From the NCBI GenBank assembly GCA_965222115.1, contig CBDCTJ010000005.1, positions 1 to 64,000 on the forward strand: a DNA stretch of 64,000 nt, written 5' to 3'. The notes beneath the pieces are model-generated. The model worked only from the letters and a program-made list of their open reading frames with translations, was not told the DNA's origin and made no database searches. This stretch comes from Planctomycetota bacterium. GTDB lineage: Bacteria > Planctomycetota > PLA2 > JAEUHO01. Within the stretch, counting starts at the first letter, position 1; each line of letters opens with the position of its first letter. The translations under genes were made by a program, and so were the position numbers. Of this stretch, positions 37,629-47,599 are shown one piece after another.

Positions 37629-38939
37629 ATGAGAACGAACGCGAATCTGAAGTGCGCGCCGAATCGGGGAACACACTTCGTAGGCGTAATGACGCTCAGC
37701 CTTTGTGTGCTGGCGCTGCCGAGTGGCGTTGCGTCGGCTAAGGGCGACACGAAGACGGCGCCCTCGAAGAAGTACATGCTGGGCATTCACGTGAAGCCAG
37801 CCGCGTTCGGTGGCATTCAAATCACCAAGCTGTTCAAGAACAGCCCGTTGCGCTCGCTCACATCGACCGATGGTCGCACGAATGGCAAGACTGCAGTCGG
37901 CGACATTATCATGGCCATCGATGGCGTGCCTCAGAAGTCTCTCAAAGACTATCGAAAGGCAATGAGAGCCGCGGTCGCGAATAAGGGCTGGGTTCGCGTG
38001 AGCATTTTCCATCAAGCCAAGATCAAGGAAATGAACTGGCGCGTCCAAGCCCTGGTTGTCAAACCCAAATCGAACGACAAGCAGCCCACACCAACATCCA
38101 CGCGCCGCGCACACATTATCCTGTGTGGACTCACGGACGACAAATCGATCGGTCCCAAAGTCGAAACCAATTTGCAGAACATGGAACAAGCGATTCGAGA
38201 CGCCACAGCCAAGTTGTTTATCGCATCACTTCAAATAGTCAAAGGCGCCGCGTGTAGCCGTGCGGGGATCAAGAAGGCACTCGCAGAAATCAGGGTAGAG
38301 CCCGACGACGCAGTCTTCTTCTACTACGCAGGCCATGGCGCCTACGACCCGACACGTGCCAAGGATGACCCCTCGGGTGGCCACTTTTTCATCATGCCCA
38401 ACGTAGATCTCATGCGAAAGGAGCTGTGGTCATGGCTATCCGCGCACAATGCACGCCTCACCGTGCTGCTGACTGACACGTGCAGCGTGAAGTCCCAAGC
38501 CCACGTCGTGAATCGACAACGACCCAGCGTATCGTATCACAGAGTGAACAAGTTCATGCCACTCGAACACCTCCTGTTGTTTCGACGAGGTCATGTTGAC
38601 GTGTCCGGCAGTGCGAAAGATCAGTACGGCTGGTACTCGGGCGCAATCGGAGGGTGGTTCACGCACTGCTTGCGCGAAAACTTAAATGGGACAAAGTCAT
38701 GGCGCGCCTTGGTAGCCAATACGGGCAAATCACTCAGCAAGTTCTATAGCGAGCGGCGCAAGCAGCTGCTCGGTCGTGCGGACACCGCCAAGTCCATGCG
38801 CACATTACTCGAACGCCAATCCACCCAACAACCCCACGTGTTTCGTATGAAAGTCTTCAATGACGAGATTCCCGACGCCGTGCCGCCACCCACACGAACG
38901 GTACGCCGCGAATTTCGATCGTATGAGTGGCGACGTTAG
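37629..38939 (+). CDS. Secreted PDZ + caspase-like (C14/metacaspase) protein
   Basis: Signal peptide; PDZ segment LGI......I....NSP...VGDIIMAIDG; catalytic dyad motifs FFYYAGHG and LTDTCS; GGWFT; C-terminal QQP. Confidence 0.85.
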   Translation: MRTNANLKCAPNRGTHFVGVMTLSLCVLALPSGVASAKGDTKTAPSKKYMLGIHVKPAAFGGIQITKLFKNSPLRSLTSTDGRTNGKTAVGDIIMAIDGVPQKSLKDYRKAMRAAVANKGWVRVSIFHQAKIKEMNWRVQALVVKPKSNDKQPTPTSTRRAHIILCGLTDDKSIGPKVETNLQNMEQAIRDATAKLFIASLQIVKGAACSRAGIKKALAEIRVEPDDAVFFYYAGHGAYDPTRAKDDPSGGHFFIMPNVDLMRKELWSWLSAHNARLTVLLTDTCSVKSQAHVVNRQRPSVSYHRVNKFMPLEHLLLFRRGHVDVSGSAKDQYGWYSGAIGGWFTHCLRENLNGTKSWRALVANTGKSLSKFYSERRKQLLGRADTAKSMRTLLERQSTQQPHVFRMKVFNDEIPDAVPPPTRTVRREFRSYEWRR

Positions 38940-39229
38940 CCCCTTGGATTTGGCGCGCAGGAGCAAAGGTTGCGCCCCTCCAGTTGCCTGGAGGAGCGCA
39001 CGTCGTATCGACGATATGGCCCCACACAAGAGCCCCAGCGCCGGCTCAGCCCTGAAATCGAGCATTGACGACATAGGTACTGAAAGACGTTTGGTTTCGG
39101 TTTTGCACGGATTCGGAAGCACATGCTGGGATTCGACGGAGCTACTGTTCGATCCGCGGATGCGCCTCCACAGATAGAGACGCATTCAGCCTGCTCAACG
39201 CATCAAAAAAAGTCATGAGAACACGGCGC

Positions 39230-40840
39230 CTAGCCCGATGACACGCCCTCCTTCTCCGTGCTCGGCTTGGGCTTTGCTTGTGGGTCGCCTTTCTTGTCGG
39301 TTTCACTCGAGGCCTCCACCCAGGGTATCCACCCCTCGTGAGGTATTCGCCGGTAGCCCAGTGCGTCCAGGAGTTCGTCTGCATCCAGATTTTTGGGGAC
39401 AACGCGCTCAATCACTTCGCGCGTCGCATTGAGCGAGTGAGACAACTTCACGGAAGTCTCACCGAGGTCATTTCGCCACATCGACTCAACAAAAATGCTC
39501 GCGCCTTGGGCATCTGGCAAAACTTTTAGAAGGCGCTGCATTCGCGCCAACGCGAACGAAGACAGTGCCTCGCGAGCTTGCCCCACATCCACGGACGGGT
39601 TGACACCCACGGTCAATATAACCCGCTTGTTTCGGACATAGGCGTCCCGGGGCCGAAGCGGTACGTTTTCAGGCCATTGAGCCCGTGCAGCCAGTGCCTC
39701 CTTGTCGGAGAGTTCGGTCGCTGCGAAGTACGGGCTGGGCGGCACCTGTATCCAATTGGTATGTGCGTGAGCTCTCCTGCCCAATACAGACATGATCTCC
39801 GAATCACTCAATGCATCGGGCCGCAACCGTTCAAATCGCATGCGGTCCACATGAAACGTCGCCCGGATTCTCCGATCGACCTCACCCAGCTCATTACGCC
39901 AGTGGCCCACCTCAACAATGGTTGCACGTTTCCATTTTCGGCTGCTTCGAAAGATCCTAGAGAACAGATCTAGAAATACTCTTGGCGTATCGGTACGGAG
40001 TTCGATCCCCTCCTTGCCTCTCCCGATCGCTGTATACCTCCCGGAATGACGGGCAATCGTAAGCACCGCTTCATCCTTCTTGCGATGCAGGTGCTGCCCT
40101 ACATAGTCCGACGCGGCGCCCCAGTTATTGAGCAACGCGTCTAGTGCCTTCGTCCCTTGCGACCGAGCACCACTGTACGGCTCAAGGTCGCCTCGCGCAG
40201 GCCAAGTTCCATCAACGTTTTGACAATAAACGAACCACTTACCCGGACGCCCTGGTTTCTCCGAACGCCAAACCCACCGGGTCTCTTCCGGCGCGCGGGG
40301 ATTGCGCCTAGCCTTATCGACCCACGCGCGCGTTACGCCGTGTGTTGCATCCGCTAGCCTCGCATCGACGAGTTTGTACTTGTCTCGAATCGCGTCTACC
40401 CCACGATAGCTCGCATTGGACACGTAGCCAGTGCCTTGGTGCCGCCACACCGCATTTAGTTCGTCCAGGATTCCAGGTTGTGATTGAAAGTCCGGTGAAT
40501 ACGAAGAGTAATAGACGCGAAGAAACATCTTGCCATCGACCCTGCGCTTGCCACCCTTGCACGAAGGACACGTCTTCTGTCTACCCGGCGTGCGCCCACC
40601 TCGCATCCTCACTTCGCCAACTCCACGGCAATGAGGACAGGGGACGATTACACGCGCGCGATCTCTCATCCACTCCTTGGCGCGGCGTTCGAGTGCCGCG
40701 CGACGCGCACGGCGCGCCGAGTCATTGAGCGACGGCACGCCTGCCCTTGATGGCACAACGAAGTCTGGGAACGTGATTCCAATGAAGCCGATCATGAGCG
40801 TATAGATTGTGCGACGCACGTCTTTCTCCCAACGAGGCAT
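39230..40840 (-). CDS. Hypothetical exported protein with a DnaJ-type zinc-finger pair and an internal duplication
   Basis: CPHCRGVG and CPSCKGGK; two WRN(E/D)LGE repeats; AGGGG SD. Confidence 0.6.
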   Translation of the reverse strand: MPRWEKDVRRTIYTLMIGFIGITFPDFVVPSRAGVPSLNDSARRARRAALERRAKEWMRDRARVIVPCPHCRGVGEVRMRGGRTPGRQKTCPSCKGGKRRVDGKMFLRVYYSSYSPDFQSQPGILDELNAVWRHQGTGYVSNASYRGVDAIRDKYKLVDARLADATHGVTRAWVDKARRNPRAPEETRWVWRSEKPGRPGKWFVYCQNVDGTWPARGDLEPYSGARSQGTKALDALLNNWGAASDYVGQHLHRKKDEAVLTIARHSGRYTAIGRGKEGIELRTDTPRVFLDLFSRIFRSSRKWKRATIVEVGHWRNELGEVDRRIRATFHVDRMRFERLRPDALSDSEIMSVLGRRAHAHTNWIQVPPSPYFAATELSDKEALAARAQWPENVPLRPRDAYVRNKRVILTVGVNPSVDVGQAREALSSFALARMQRLLKVLPDAQGASIFVESMWRNDLGETSVKLSHSLNATREVIERVVPKNLDADELLDALGYRRIPHEGWIPWVEASSETDKKGDPQAKPKPSTEKEGVSSG

Positions 40841-40949
40841 ATCCCCTCGTCATGTCAGAAGCATACGGTATCTTCGGCAGTAGTCGAATACGTCAGCACA
40901 CTCGTATCACTGGCGACGAAAGCGTTTCGTCTCGCCGTAGGATGAGCGC

Positions 40950-41987
40950 ATGGCCCTCCGCATCGTTGAAATCGTCTTGCCGATTGGGAAATTCGATGCA
41001 CTAAAGGGGGTCTTCACGTCCGACTCGATTCATGGCGGGCCGTGGCAATGGGATCTGAATGGCGACACGCGGATGTTGCGCGTTGTTATCGACGCACAAG
41101 ACAGCGGGCGGATGGTGGACGCGATAGAGCATCGCTGCAGAGACATTCCCGAGTTTCATCTCGTAATCCACGGCGCCGACGCCATGCTGCCTCGACCCAA
41201 AGAGCGGGAACCGGATCCCACGCCCGATAAAGACGAAGCGCCGAGTTTGTCGCGCTTGATCTTTGGAAAACATCGCAAGGGGAGAAGTCGCGAAGAACTC
41301 TACGCCGAAGCGCACGATGTCTCGGCGGCGTCGCGCATCTACTTCGTCACGGTGGTGCTCTCCACGGTGGTGGCCGCTGTGGGTCTAGTAAAGTCAAGCC
41401 CCGCGGTGGTCGTTGGCGCCATGGTGATTGCACCGTTGCTAGGTCCCATCATGGGCATTGGGCTCGCCGCAACACTGGCCGATGCCAAGCTGTTTCGACG
41501 CGCCATAACAAGTGGAGCGCTGGGCGTACTTTTGGCCCTCGCCATTTCGTATGCCTTGGGTGCCGTTTGGCCGAACGCCTTTACGACTTTTGAAGTCTAT
41601 AGCCGAACCGAGGTGGATCTCTCGGATGTGTTCTTAGCGCTCGCGGCCGGTGCAGCAGGAACGCTGGCACTTACGACGGGTGTACACGCCGGACTCGTCG
41701 GTGTCATGGTTGCCGTCGCGCTACTTCCACCAACAGTGGTTGCCGGAGCCATGTTTGGTGCAGACGAAGTAGAGAAAGGACTCCAAGCTTCCCTACTCTT
41801 GGCTACCAACGTCACCGGCATCATCCTTGCCGCCGTTGTCACCTTTCGACTTCAGGGCGTGCGACCAAGTACGTGGTGGGAGTCACAACGCGCGAAACGC
41901 GCGTCTATCTGGTCACTGGTCGTTTTGGTACTCTTACTTGCTGCGATTGCTGCGGCACTGATCTTGGCGGATCGCGCCGACGTGTAG
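40950..41987 (+). CDS. TIGR00341/DUF389 family membrane protein
   Basis: SREELY, S.AVVVGAMVIAPLLGP, LALAAGAAG, LVGVMVAVALLPP. Confidence 0.9.
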   Translation: MALRIVEIVLPIGKFDALKGVFTSDSIHGGPWQWDLNGDTRMLRVVIDAQDSGRMVDAIEHRCRDIPEFHLVIHGADAMLPRPKEREPDPTPDKDEAPSLSRLIFGKHRKGRSREELYAEAHDVSAASRIYFVTVVLSTVVAAVGLVKSSPAVVVGAMVIAPLLGPIMGIGLAATLADAKLFRRAITSGALGVLLALAISYALGAVWPNAFTTFEVYSRTEVDLSDVFLALAAGAAGTLALTTGVHAGLVGVMVAVALLPPTVVAGAMFGADEVEKGLQASLLLATNVTGIILAAVVTFRLQGVRPSTWWESQRAKRASIWSLVVLVLLLAAIAAALILADRADV

Positions 41988-41991
41988 CTCG

Positions 41992-42384
41992 TTACGATCG
42001 CTTGGTTCCGATGTACCACGTGCCCTGTGCCCGCGCGATGACATCCCCCGCAGCGTTCCTACACGTGCCGTCGAGATAAGCAATGCGACGCCCCCGCTTG
42101 GTTACGCGCCCCTCCGCCGTCAGCACGTCATCCGCACGGGAAGCCTTGAGAAACTGAATCGACAACTGTGTCGTGCTGCAGAATTCGTCGTCGCCAAGCA
42201 GTGAATCCATCGCGTGGCCCATCGCGGTGTCCATGAGCGCCACCGGCACGGAGCCGTGAACAACACCCTGAATGTTTCGGTGCTGATCCCCCATCGGCAG
42301 CCGACATTGGATGTGTCCTGGGGCTATCGACTCTTCTTCGATCCCTAAAAATTCGACCCAACCTGTCACTCGCTCGGTCGCCAC
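41992..42384 (-). CDS. PaaI family thioesterase (hotdog fold)
   Basis: N.QGVVHGS...LMDTAMG; T..LSI.FL; G.V.KRGR. Confidence 0.9.
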   Translation of the reverse strand: MATERVTGWVEFLGIEEESIAPGHIQCRLPMGDQHRNIQGVVHGSVPVALMDTAMGHAMDSLLGDDEFCSTTQLSIQFLKASRADDVLTAEGRVTKRGRRIAYLDGTCRNAAGDVIARAQGTWYIGTKRS

Positions 42385-42493
42385 GTCGCCATCCTCCCAG
42401 TTGGTTCGGCCCTAGACCCTGCAATCGCCGCATCAATTGCGCCCAAACCCGCCAGGGATGCGCCTGAGCGCCTCCCCTGGTATCCTCGATGGC

Positions 42494-43894
42494 ATGAAAA
42501 CCAAGCTTTCCCTTCCCCTCTTCCTTTTCCTCCTAGCCGCCCTGGGGCTCGCATTTGTCTTGCCAACCGGAAATGGCGCCACCGCGGTCGCGTCTGCCGA
42601 CCCCGGAGTAGACGCCGCGCCCCGACCGGATAAGGGCGAAAAGAAAGGCGATGAGGGTGAAGCCGAAGAAGAAGAGGAAGACGGTGACTTCTTCGATGAA
42701 GAAACCAGTTTCTCGATGGAGCAGGTTGAGAAAGCCATCCTCAAAGGTGTCGCGTGGCTCAAGAAGAAGCAACAAGGCGATGGCAGTTGGGGCGAAATCA
42801 AAGGCACGGGCGCCTATGGCGGCGGTAAGAACACTGGACCGGGTTATCCATCCGGCTCAACGGCGCTCGCCCTCTATGCACTGCTCAAGTGCAAAGAGAA
42901 ACTCAATGACCCGGTCATCAAGAAGGGCTTTGCCTACCTTGAAAAGGGTCGCTTTTCTCGTCAGCCAAACTCCTATGAAATCGCCATGACGCTGCTTGCG
43001 GTCACGGCGACCGCCAACCAAAACAAAACGAGACGCGCCAGTCGCAAGGCCGCCAAGAAGGCAAAGCTCAAGGGCAAGTACAAGAAGTGGGCCGACGAGC
43101 TTAAGAAGGAACTTATCAAGCGGCGCCACGAGCGCGTGTGGCGATACAACACGACCGATTCAAAGGCCGGCCCCAGCGGTGAGGAAGATCTTTCATCGAC
43201 GCAGATCGTGTCCCTTGCCCTCTTTGAAGCTCATCAGCTTGGCGTGAAGGTACGCCCAAAGGTCTGGGAAGGCATTCTCTCCTATTCGTTGGAGCAACAA
43301 GAAGACGACGGCCCGGAAGTCAAATACAAGGACCCGGTAGATCCCACACAAGACCGCGTCGCCAAAGCACGCGGATTTAGCTACATCAAAGGCGATTCGG
43401 AGCACAAACACGCCGGGGCGTCCGGTGCCATGACCGCGTGTGGTATTGCCAACATCGAAATGGCTCGCTTCATTCTCTCCAAGGGCGGCTCAAAGGCCGG
43501 CAAGGCATCGTGGAATAAGCGCCCAGAGGCAGCAAAGGTGCAGACGGCGCTTTACGATGGCATTGCATGGATCGAAAAGAACTGGAGCAGTTTCGCCAAC
43601 CCTCCCGGCAAGCCGTGGGACTACCACCTGTACTGGATGTACTCCATTGAGCGCGCCATGGACTTGCTCTCGCTTCGCAGAGTAGGAAGCCATAGTTGGT
43701 ACAACGAAATGGGTCAAGAGCTTATCAACCGCCAGCAAAAGGAAGGGCAATGGAACACGCAATCTACGCACACACCGCACGATGTGCTCGATACGTGCTT
43801 CGCACTGTTGTTCCTCAAGCGTTCGACCAAGAACACGATCCCCTTTGGTTCGATTACTGGTGGAAGCGACGAACCGCCGATCGACAACCGCTAG
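42494..43894 (+). CDS. Secreted prenyltransferase/squalene-oxidase repeat (alpha/alpha barrel) protein
   Basis: AILKGVAWLKKKQQGDGSW, G.TALALYALL, DLSSTQ...LAL, SGAMTACG, Y..YSIER, WY, TCFALLFLKR. Confidence 0.85.
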   Translation: MKTKLSLPLFLFLLAALGLAFVLPTGNGATAVASADPGVDAAPRPDKGEKKGDEGEAEEEEEDGDFFDEETSFSMEQVEKAILKGVAWLKKKQQGDGSWGEIKGTGAYGGGKNTGPGYPSGSTALALYALLKCKEKLNDPVIKKGFAYLEKGRFSRQPNSYEIAMTLLAVTATANQNKTRRASRKAAKKAKLKGKYKKWADELKKELIKRRHERVWRYNTTDSKAGPSGEEDLSSTQIVSLALFEAHQLGVKVRPKVWEGILSYSLEQQEDDGPEVKYKDPVDPTQDRVAKARGFSYIKGDSEHKHAGASGAMTACGIANIEMARFILSKGGSKAGKASWNKRPEAAKVQTALYDGIAWIEKNWSSFANPPGKPWDYHLYWMYSIERAMDLLSLRRVGSHSWYNEMGQELINRQQKEGQWNTQSTHTPHDVLDTCFALLFLKRSTKNTIPFGSITGGSDEPPIDNR

Positions 43895-43910
43895 ACCTTC
43901 GATTGGCTGT

Positions 43911-43972
43911 CCGGCGCATGGTTTACACCCGGCGCATAGCTCACACCAGACGCATAGTACACACCCGGCATG
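43911..43972 (+). repeat. 18-bp degenerate tandem repeat (about 3.5 copies) between convergent genes
   Basis: CCGGCGCATGGTTTACAC / CCGGCGCATAGCTCACAC / CAGACGCATAGTACACAC / CCGGCATG. Confidence 0.7.
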
Positions 43973-44067
43973 AGGTCGGTTGTGTCTCCCGCATGTCGTG
44001 ATGCGCCAACGATTGTCTAGTGGGTGACCTCGCGCGCGGCGCTATCGAGCAGCGCCACTCTACTGAT

Positions 44068-47022
44068 CTACTGAGTGGCTAGACTGCGAAGGGCCTTGCG
44101 CGCAGATTCCAAGCGCGTCTTTTGTTCGTCGTCAAGCGTAAGAGCATCGAGTTCGGCAAGCGGGCCTTCCATGGCGTTTTTCGCTAACTCGCGCTTCTTT
44201 GTTTCGCTCGCGATTGCACATGCCTGGAGCAGTGCCTCGGCATGTTCCTTAGGACGCTTGACGACGAGCTTGGCATGGGCTAGGTAAGCGTCGTACGCGC
44301 CGCGCAAATGCGCCAACACTTGATCAGGATCCTCGGCTTGGCCCGCGAGGAAGCGGAAGTGTCCTTGCGCTTCGCGAATAAAGACAATTCGTTCGTCTTC
44401 GTTGAGTGTCGCGTCGTTCGCCCGCGACATGAGGAACTCTGCTTTGGCACGACGCAACAAGGGATGGCGCTCCACACCCGACGCAATCGAACCCATCAGC
44501 CGCAGTGCCTCCGCCACGTTTTTCGCACGCGGTTCTGTGGACGCGATCTGACGCAGCACACGTGTGGCCATGGTGATACCTGCGGCCTTTTTACTGAGAC
44601 ACGCATGGAGACCCGACATCAACGTCCGATCCCATGCGGCCTTTTTTTCACTCGATGCATCACCGGACTGATCGGCCCAGCGCGCTTGAATGGCGGGGAG
44701 TGAATCAATCGAGACATACGCAACCGTAGCCTTAGCGGCCGCCAGCGCCAGCGCGTCGCTGTCCTCATCCTTACCGATGAGTTGGCTGAGCACCTTGACT
44801 AGGGCCTTGCCCGCCGTCTCATCAACGGCTGCTACTGCTTGAGGACGTGACACCTCAGCAATCGCGGAAAGACGTAGTGCTTCAGGCAGCGTCTTGTCGG
44901 TCGCAATGTCTTCGAGACGCAACAATGCCGGCGCACCCTGATCGCTTTGGTTGGCCGAACGAACATGACGTCCAAGCGCGCGTATCGCCTCGTTGGCCGC
45001 ATCCTCTTCACTCGTTGCACGTGCAACAGTCGCCAGTAGATCCGCCGTTGCTTTCGTCGGGAACGCGCGAAGGCTCTTGACCGCAGCGAGGCGAACACGC
45101 GGATCGGACTCCACCCAGTCTCCGAGACCGGCGTCGCCCTCACCGGAGACGAGGTGACGCAGCATCGCTTCCGCAGCAGGGCCTTGAGGCGGTGTGACGG
45201 CGGACCCCGCAAACGACTCAAGCCCCTCAGCAATCGCCACGCGAACCGACGCGTCCTCGGGTTTCTCGGCACGTTTGAGATGCGGACGCAGCACATGCAC
45301 CGATGCGTTTCTAACGATCGCCGCGGCCTTGAGTGCATCGCCGTAGTACGTCATTCGTCCGTTGCGTGTCTCGGCGGTACCCGCACGCCACGATTTCTCA
45401 GCAGCCGCCAATACGCGTTTCATGTGCTCTATGCTGCCGTACACACCCAATAACTCCGCCATGCGCGACCGGTCACGCATGGGATCACCCGTAAACGAGT
45501 TACCGGAGGACGAACCGTTGGGCGTGGCGTCGGCCGAAGCAGTGCCTTGAACCGGTGGTTCAATGAGCCTAGCGACGAGAGCATCGGCGATCTGCGCCGC
45601 CATGTCATTACCCGCACCGCGAAAGCCCTCCGACGCGAGTGCGTCAACGGCGCCTCGTACCACTTGACTGTCGCGGCTCGTTTTCAACACATTGGTAACT
45701 ACCTGAACCGCGACACGGTCTACCGGTACCGATGGAACGGCACCCGTCGAGGCGCCATAGAGCGCACCCAGTCGAGCGATCGCCGCCCGTTGCAATGCGG
45801 GCTCGGGTGTCTTCTCGGGATCAAGAAAGCGCTCAAGCTTCGTGGCAGAGTCAAGTGTGGCGATCAGTTGCTTGCCGTACGACTCAATGCGACCACGCGC
45901 ACGATCCGGGCCTTCGCGCTCCAGCGCAGCGACGGCAATTCGAATGTCGCGATCCAGCTTTAGCCGATCCATCGCTGATGCATCGGCGAGTTGAGCCCAG
46001 TGTGATGCATAGGGTTCAAGGAACGCCTTGGCCTCTACGAGCGTGTCAAATCGATAGGGCAACAACAGCGTCAACGCACCCAAGATTGCCCGGGTATGCG
46101 ACGTGGACTTTGCGATGGCCGGGTCGTCGTGAGTCAAACGACTCGCTACCGCAGCGATCACGTCGATGCTTCGAAGTCCCAACCGCTCTTCGGCGGCAAC
46201 GGAAAGCGCTGCACTTGCATTCGACAATCCCATCTCTGTCGTATCCGAGTCGGCCGCAGTACGAATGGCGTGGTTGAGAAGTCGATCCCATCCACGTTGC
46301 CGTCCCGAAAGCGGGTCGCGAGACAGAAGTCGCCTGACCTCTCGCAGTAGAACGTTTTCACCATTTGCTGAGCGGGCCCGTGCCACGCAGCCAAGCACGG
46401 CGCCCATGAGAAGTGGCGGTGGCTTGGAATCGGACGCCGCCAATGGATCTGCGGACTCACCCTTTGAGGGATACGCATCCGCAGGCACATCCTGCAGCAT
46501 GTGACGAATTACGTGTGCTCGCAACGCGATCCGACGCTCTGGCGTCATCGAGGCCAACAACGAATCCTCTTGCGTCACGCCCTCCTTGAGCAAAGGGCCC
46601 ACGACGAATCGATAGCTCTTTGCCAGATCACCACTCTCAATGTCCTTTTGTGCCAACACGTCGAGCACGCCACTCCACGAGGACTGATCTTTGCCCTGAA
46701 TCAGCTCATTCCGTAGCTTCACCAACTCTTCGTTGGACGTGGCAGATTCGGAGGCCTCAATGTCAGAGAGAGCGTCGTCGTCTTTTGAAGTTTCGCCATC
46801 TCTCGACGAGTCGTCTGCCGGTGGTGGCGGATCGTCCTTTGGCGTTGGCTCATCACTCTTCGGTGTTTCGGGGGACGGTGGCGTGGGAGCTGGGTTCTCC
46901 GGAACCGGAATCGGAGACTTGGGATCGTCATCAGCCCTTGCTGTGTTCGCTGATAGCAGGAACACACACGACAGAAAACCAACGAGCAGTGCGGTTGCGG
47001 TTGTTCGCCGTGCGAAGCCCAT
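44068..47022 (-). CDS. Large secreted HEAT-repeat-like protein
   Basis: Signal peptide ending ARA|DDD; Pro/Asp-rich linker; HEAT-like motifs LQRAAIARL, VRVAIAEGL and DPRVRLAAVKSL. Start codon uncertain. Confidence 0.7.
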   Translation of the reverse strand: MGFARRTTATALLVGFLSCVFLLSANTARADDDPKSPIPVPENPAPTPPSPETPKSDEPTPKDDPPPPADDSSRDGETSKDDDALSDIEASESATSNEELVKLRNELIQGKDQSSWSGVLDVLAQKDIESGDLAKSYRFVVGPLLKEGVTQEDSLLASMTPERRIALRAHVIRHMLQDVPADAYPSKGESADPLAASDSKPPPLLMGAVLGCVARARSANGENVLLREVRRLLSRDPLSGRQRGWDRLLNHAIRTAADSDTTEMGLSNASAALSVAAEERLGLRSIDVIAAVASRLTHDDPAIAKSTSHTRAILGALTLLLPYRFDTLVEAKAFLEPYASHWAQLADASAMDRLKLDRDIRIAVAALEREGPDRARGRIESYGKQLIATLDSATKLERFLDPEKTPEPALQRAAIARLGALYGASTGAVPSVPVDRVAVQVVTNVLKTSRDSQVVRGAVDALASEGFRGAGNDMAAQIADALVARLIEPPVQGTASADATPNGSSSGNSFTGDPMRDRSRMAELLGVYGSIEHMKRVLAAAEKSWRAGTAETRNGRMTYYGDALKAAAIVRNASVHVLRPHLKRAEKPEDASVRVAIAEGLESFAGSAVTPPQGPAAEAMLRHLVSGEGDAGLGDWVESDPRVRLAAVKSLRAFPTKATADLLATVARATSEEDAANEAIRALGRHVRSANQSDQGAPALLRLEDIATDKTLPEALRLSAIAEVSRPQAVAAVDETAGKALVKVLSQLIGKDEDSDALALAAAKATVAYVSIDSLPAIQARWADQSGDASSEKKAAWDRTLMSGLHACLSKKAAGITMATRVLRQIASTEPRAKNVAEALRLMGSIASGVERHPLLRRAKAEFLMSRANDATLNEDERIVFIREAQGHFRFLAGQAEDPDQVLAHLRGAYDAYLAHAKLVVKRPKEHAEALLQACAIASETKKRELAKNAMEGPLAELDALTLDDEQKTRLESARKALRSLATQ

Positions 47023-47599
47023 CCATCGTGAGCTTCGCGCCACGGGATTCCGCCACGAGATTCGCCACCGGCAAACAGACGCGGCGCACGCTCTTGGCGT
47101 CGGATGCGAGCCCAGCTCGTGGTGAACTGGCTCGTGGTGAACTGGCTCGAAAGATGCAGTCACGAAAAGTCGTGCTCCTACCGACGATTCCGGAGAACGC
47201 GCGCGGCAACAAGTCCTGAAAAGAGAAAGCGCCTGATATGGCGTCTTTGCAGGCACGGGTCGTTAGGTGACTTCCATGGCGGGAAGTCATCACACACACG
47301 GCCCCGCAAAGAACCACGGCCCCTACTCCTACGTTCGGCAGCGGCGGTGTGTGAACGCACCCATTTCTCGGTGCGATGACGAATCCGCCGCCATGCAAAC
47401 GTCCGCATAACTCATTGAAACACAATCCGAGGCCGCGTCAGTTGCGCTTCACACGCATGCCGGATAAAGACACGCTGGATTTCATCATTTGGCGACGTAC
47501 GCCAGACCAACGATGCAGCTTCAACCATAGTGTAAAAAGGCCTAATTTGCTCGTCAAGGGCCCAAAATGCGACAAATGCGAAGAGTAGGTAAAGCCGCA

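Noticed and set aside
43911-43972. CRISPR array
   Set aside because: The units are contiguous 18-mers without spacers, and there are no cas genes in the window.
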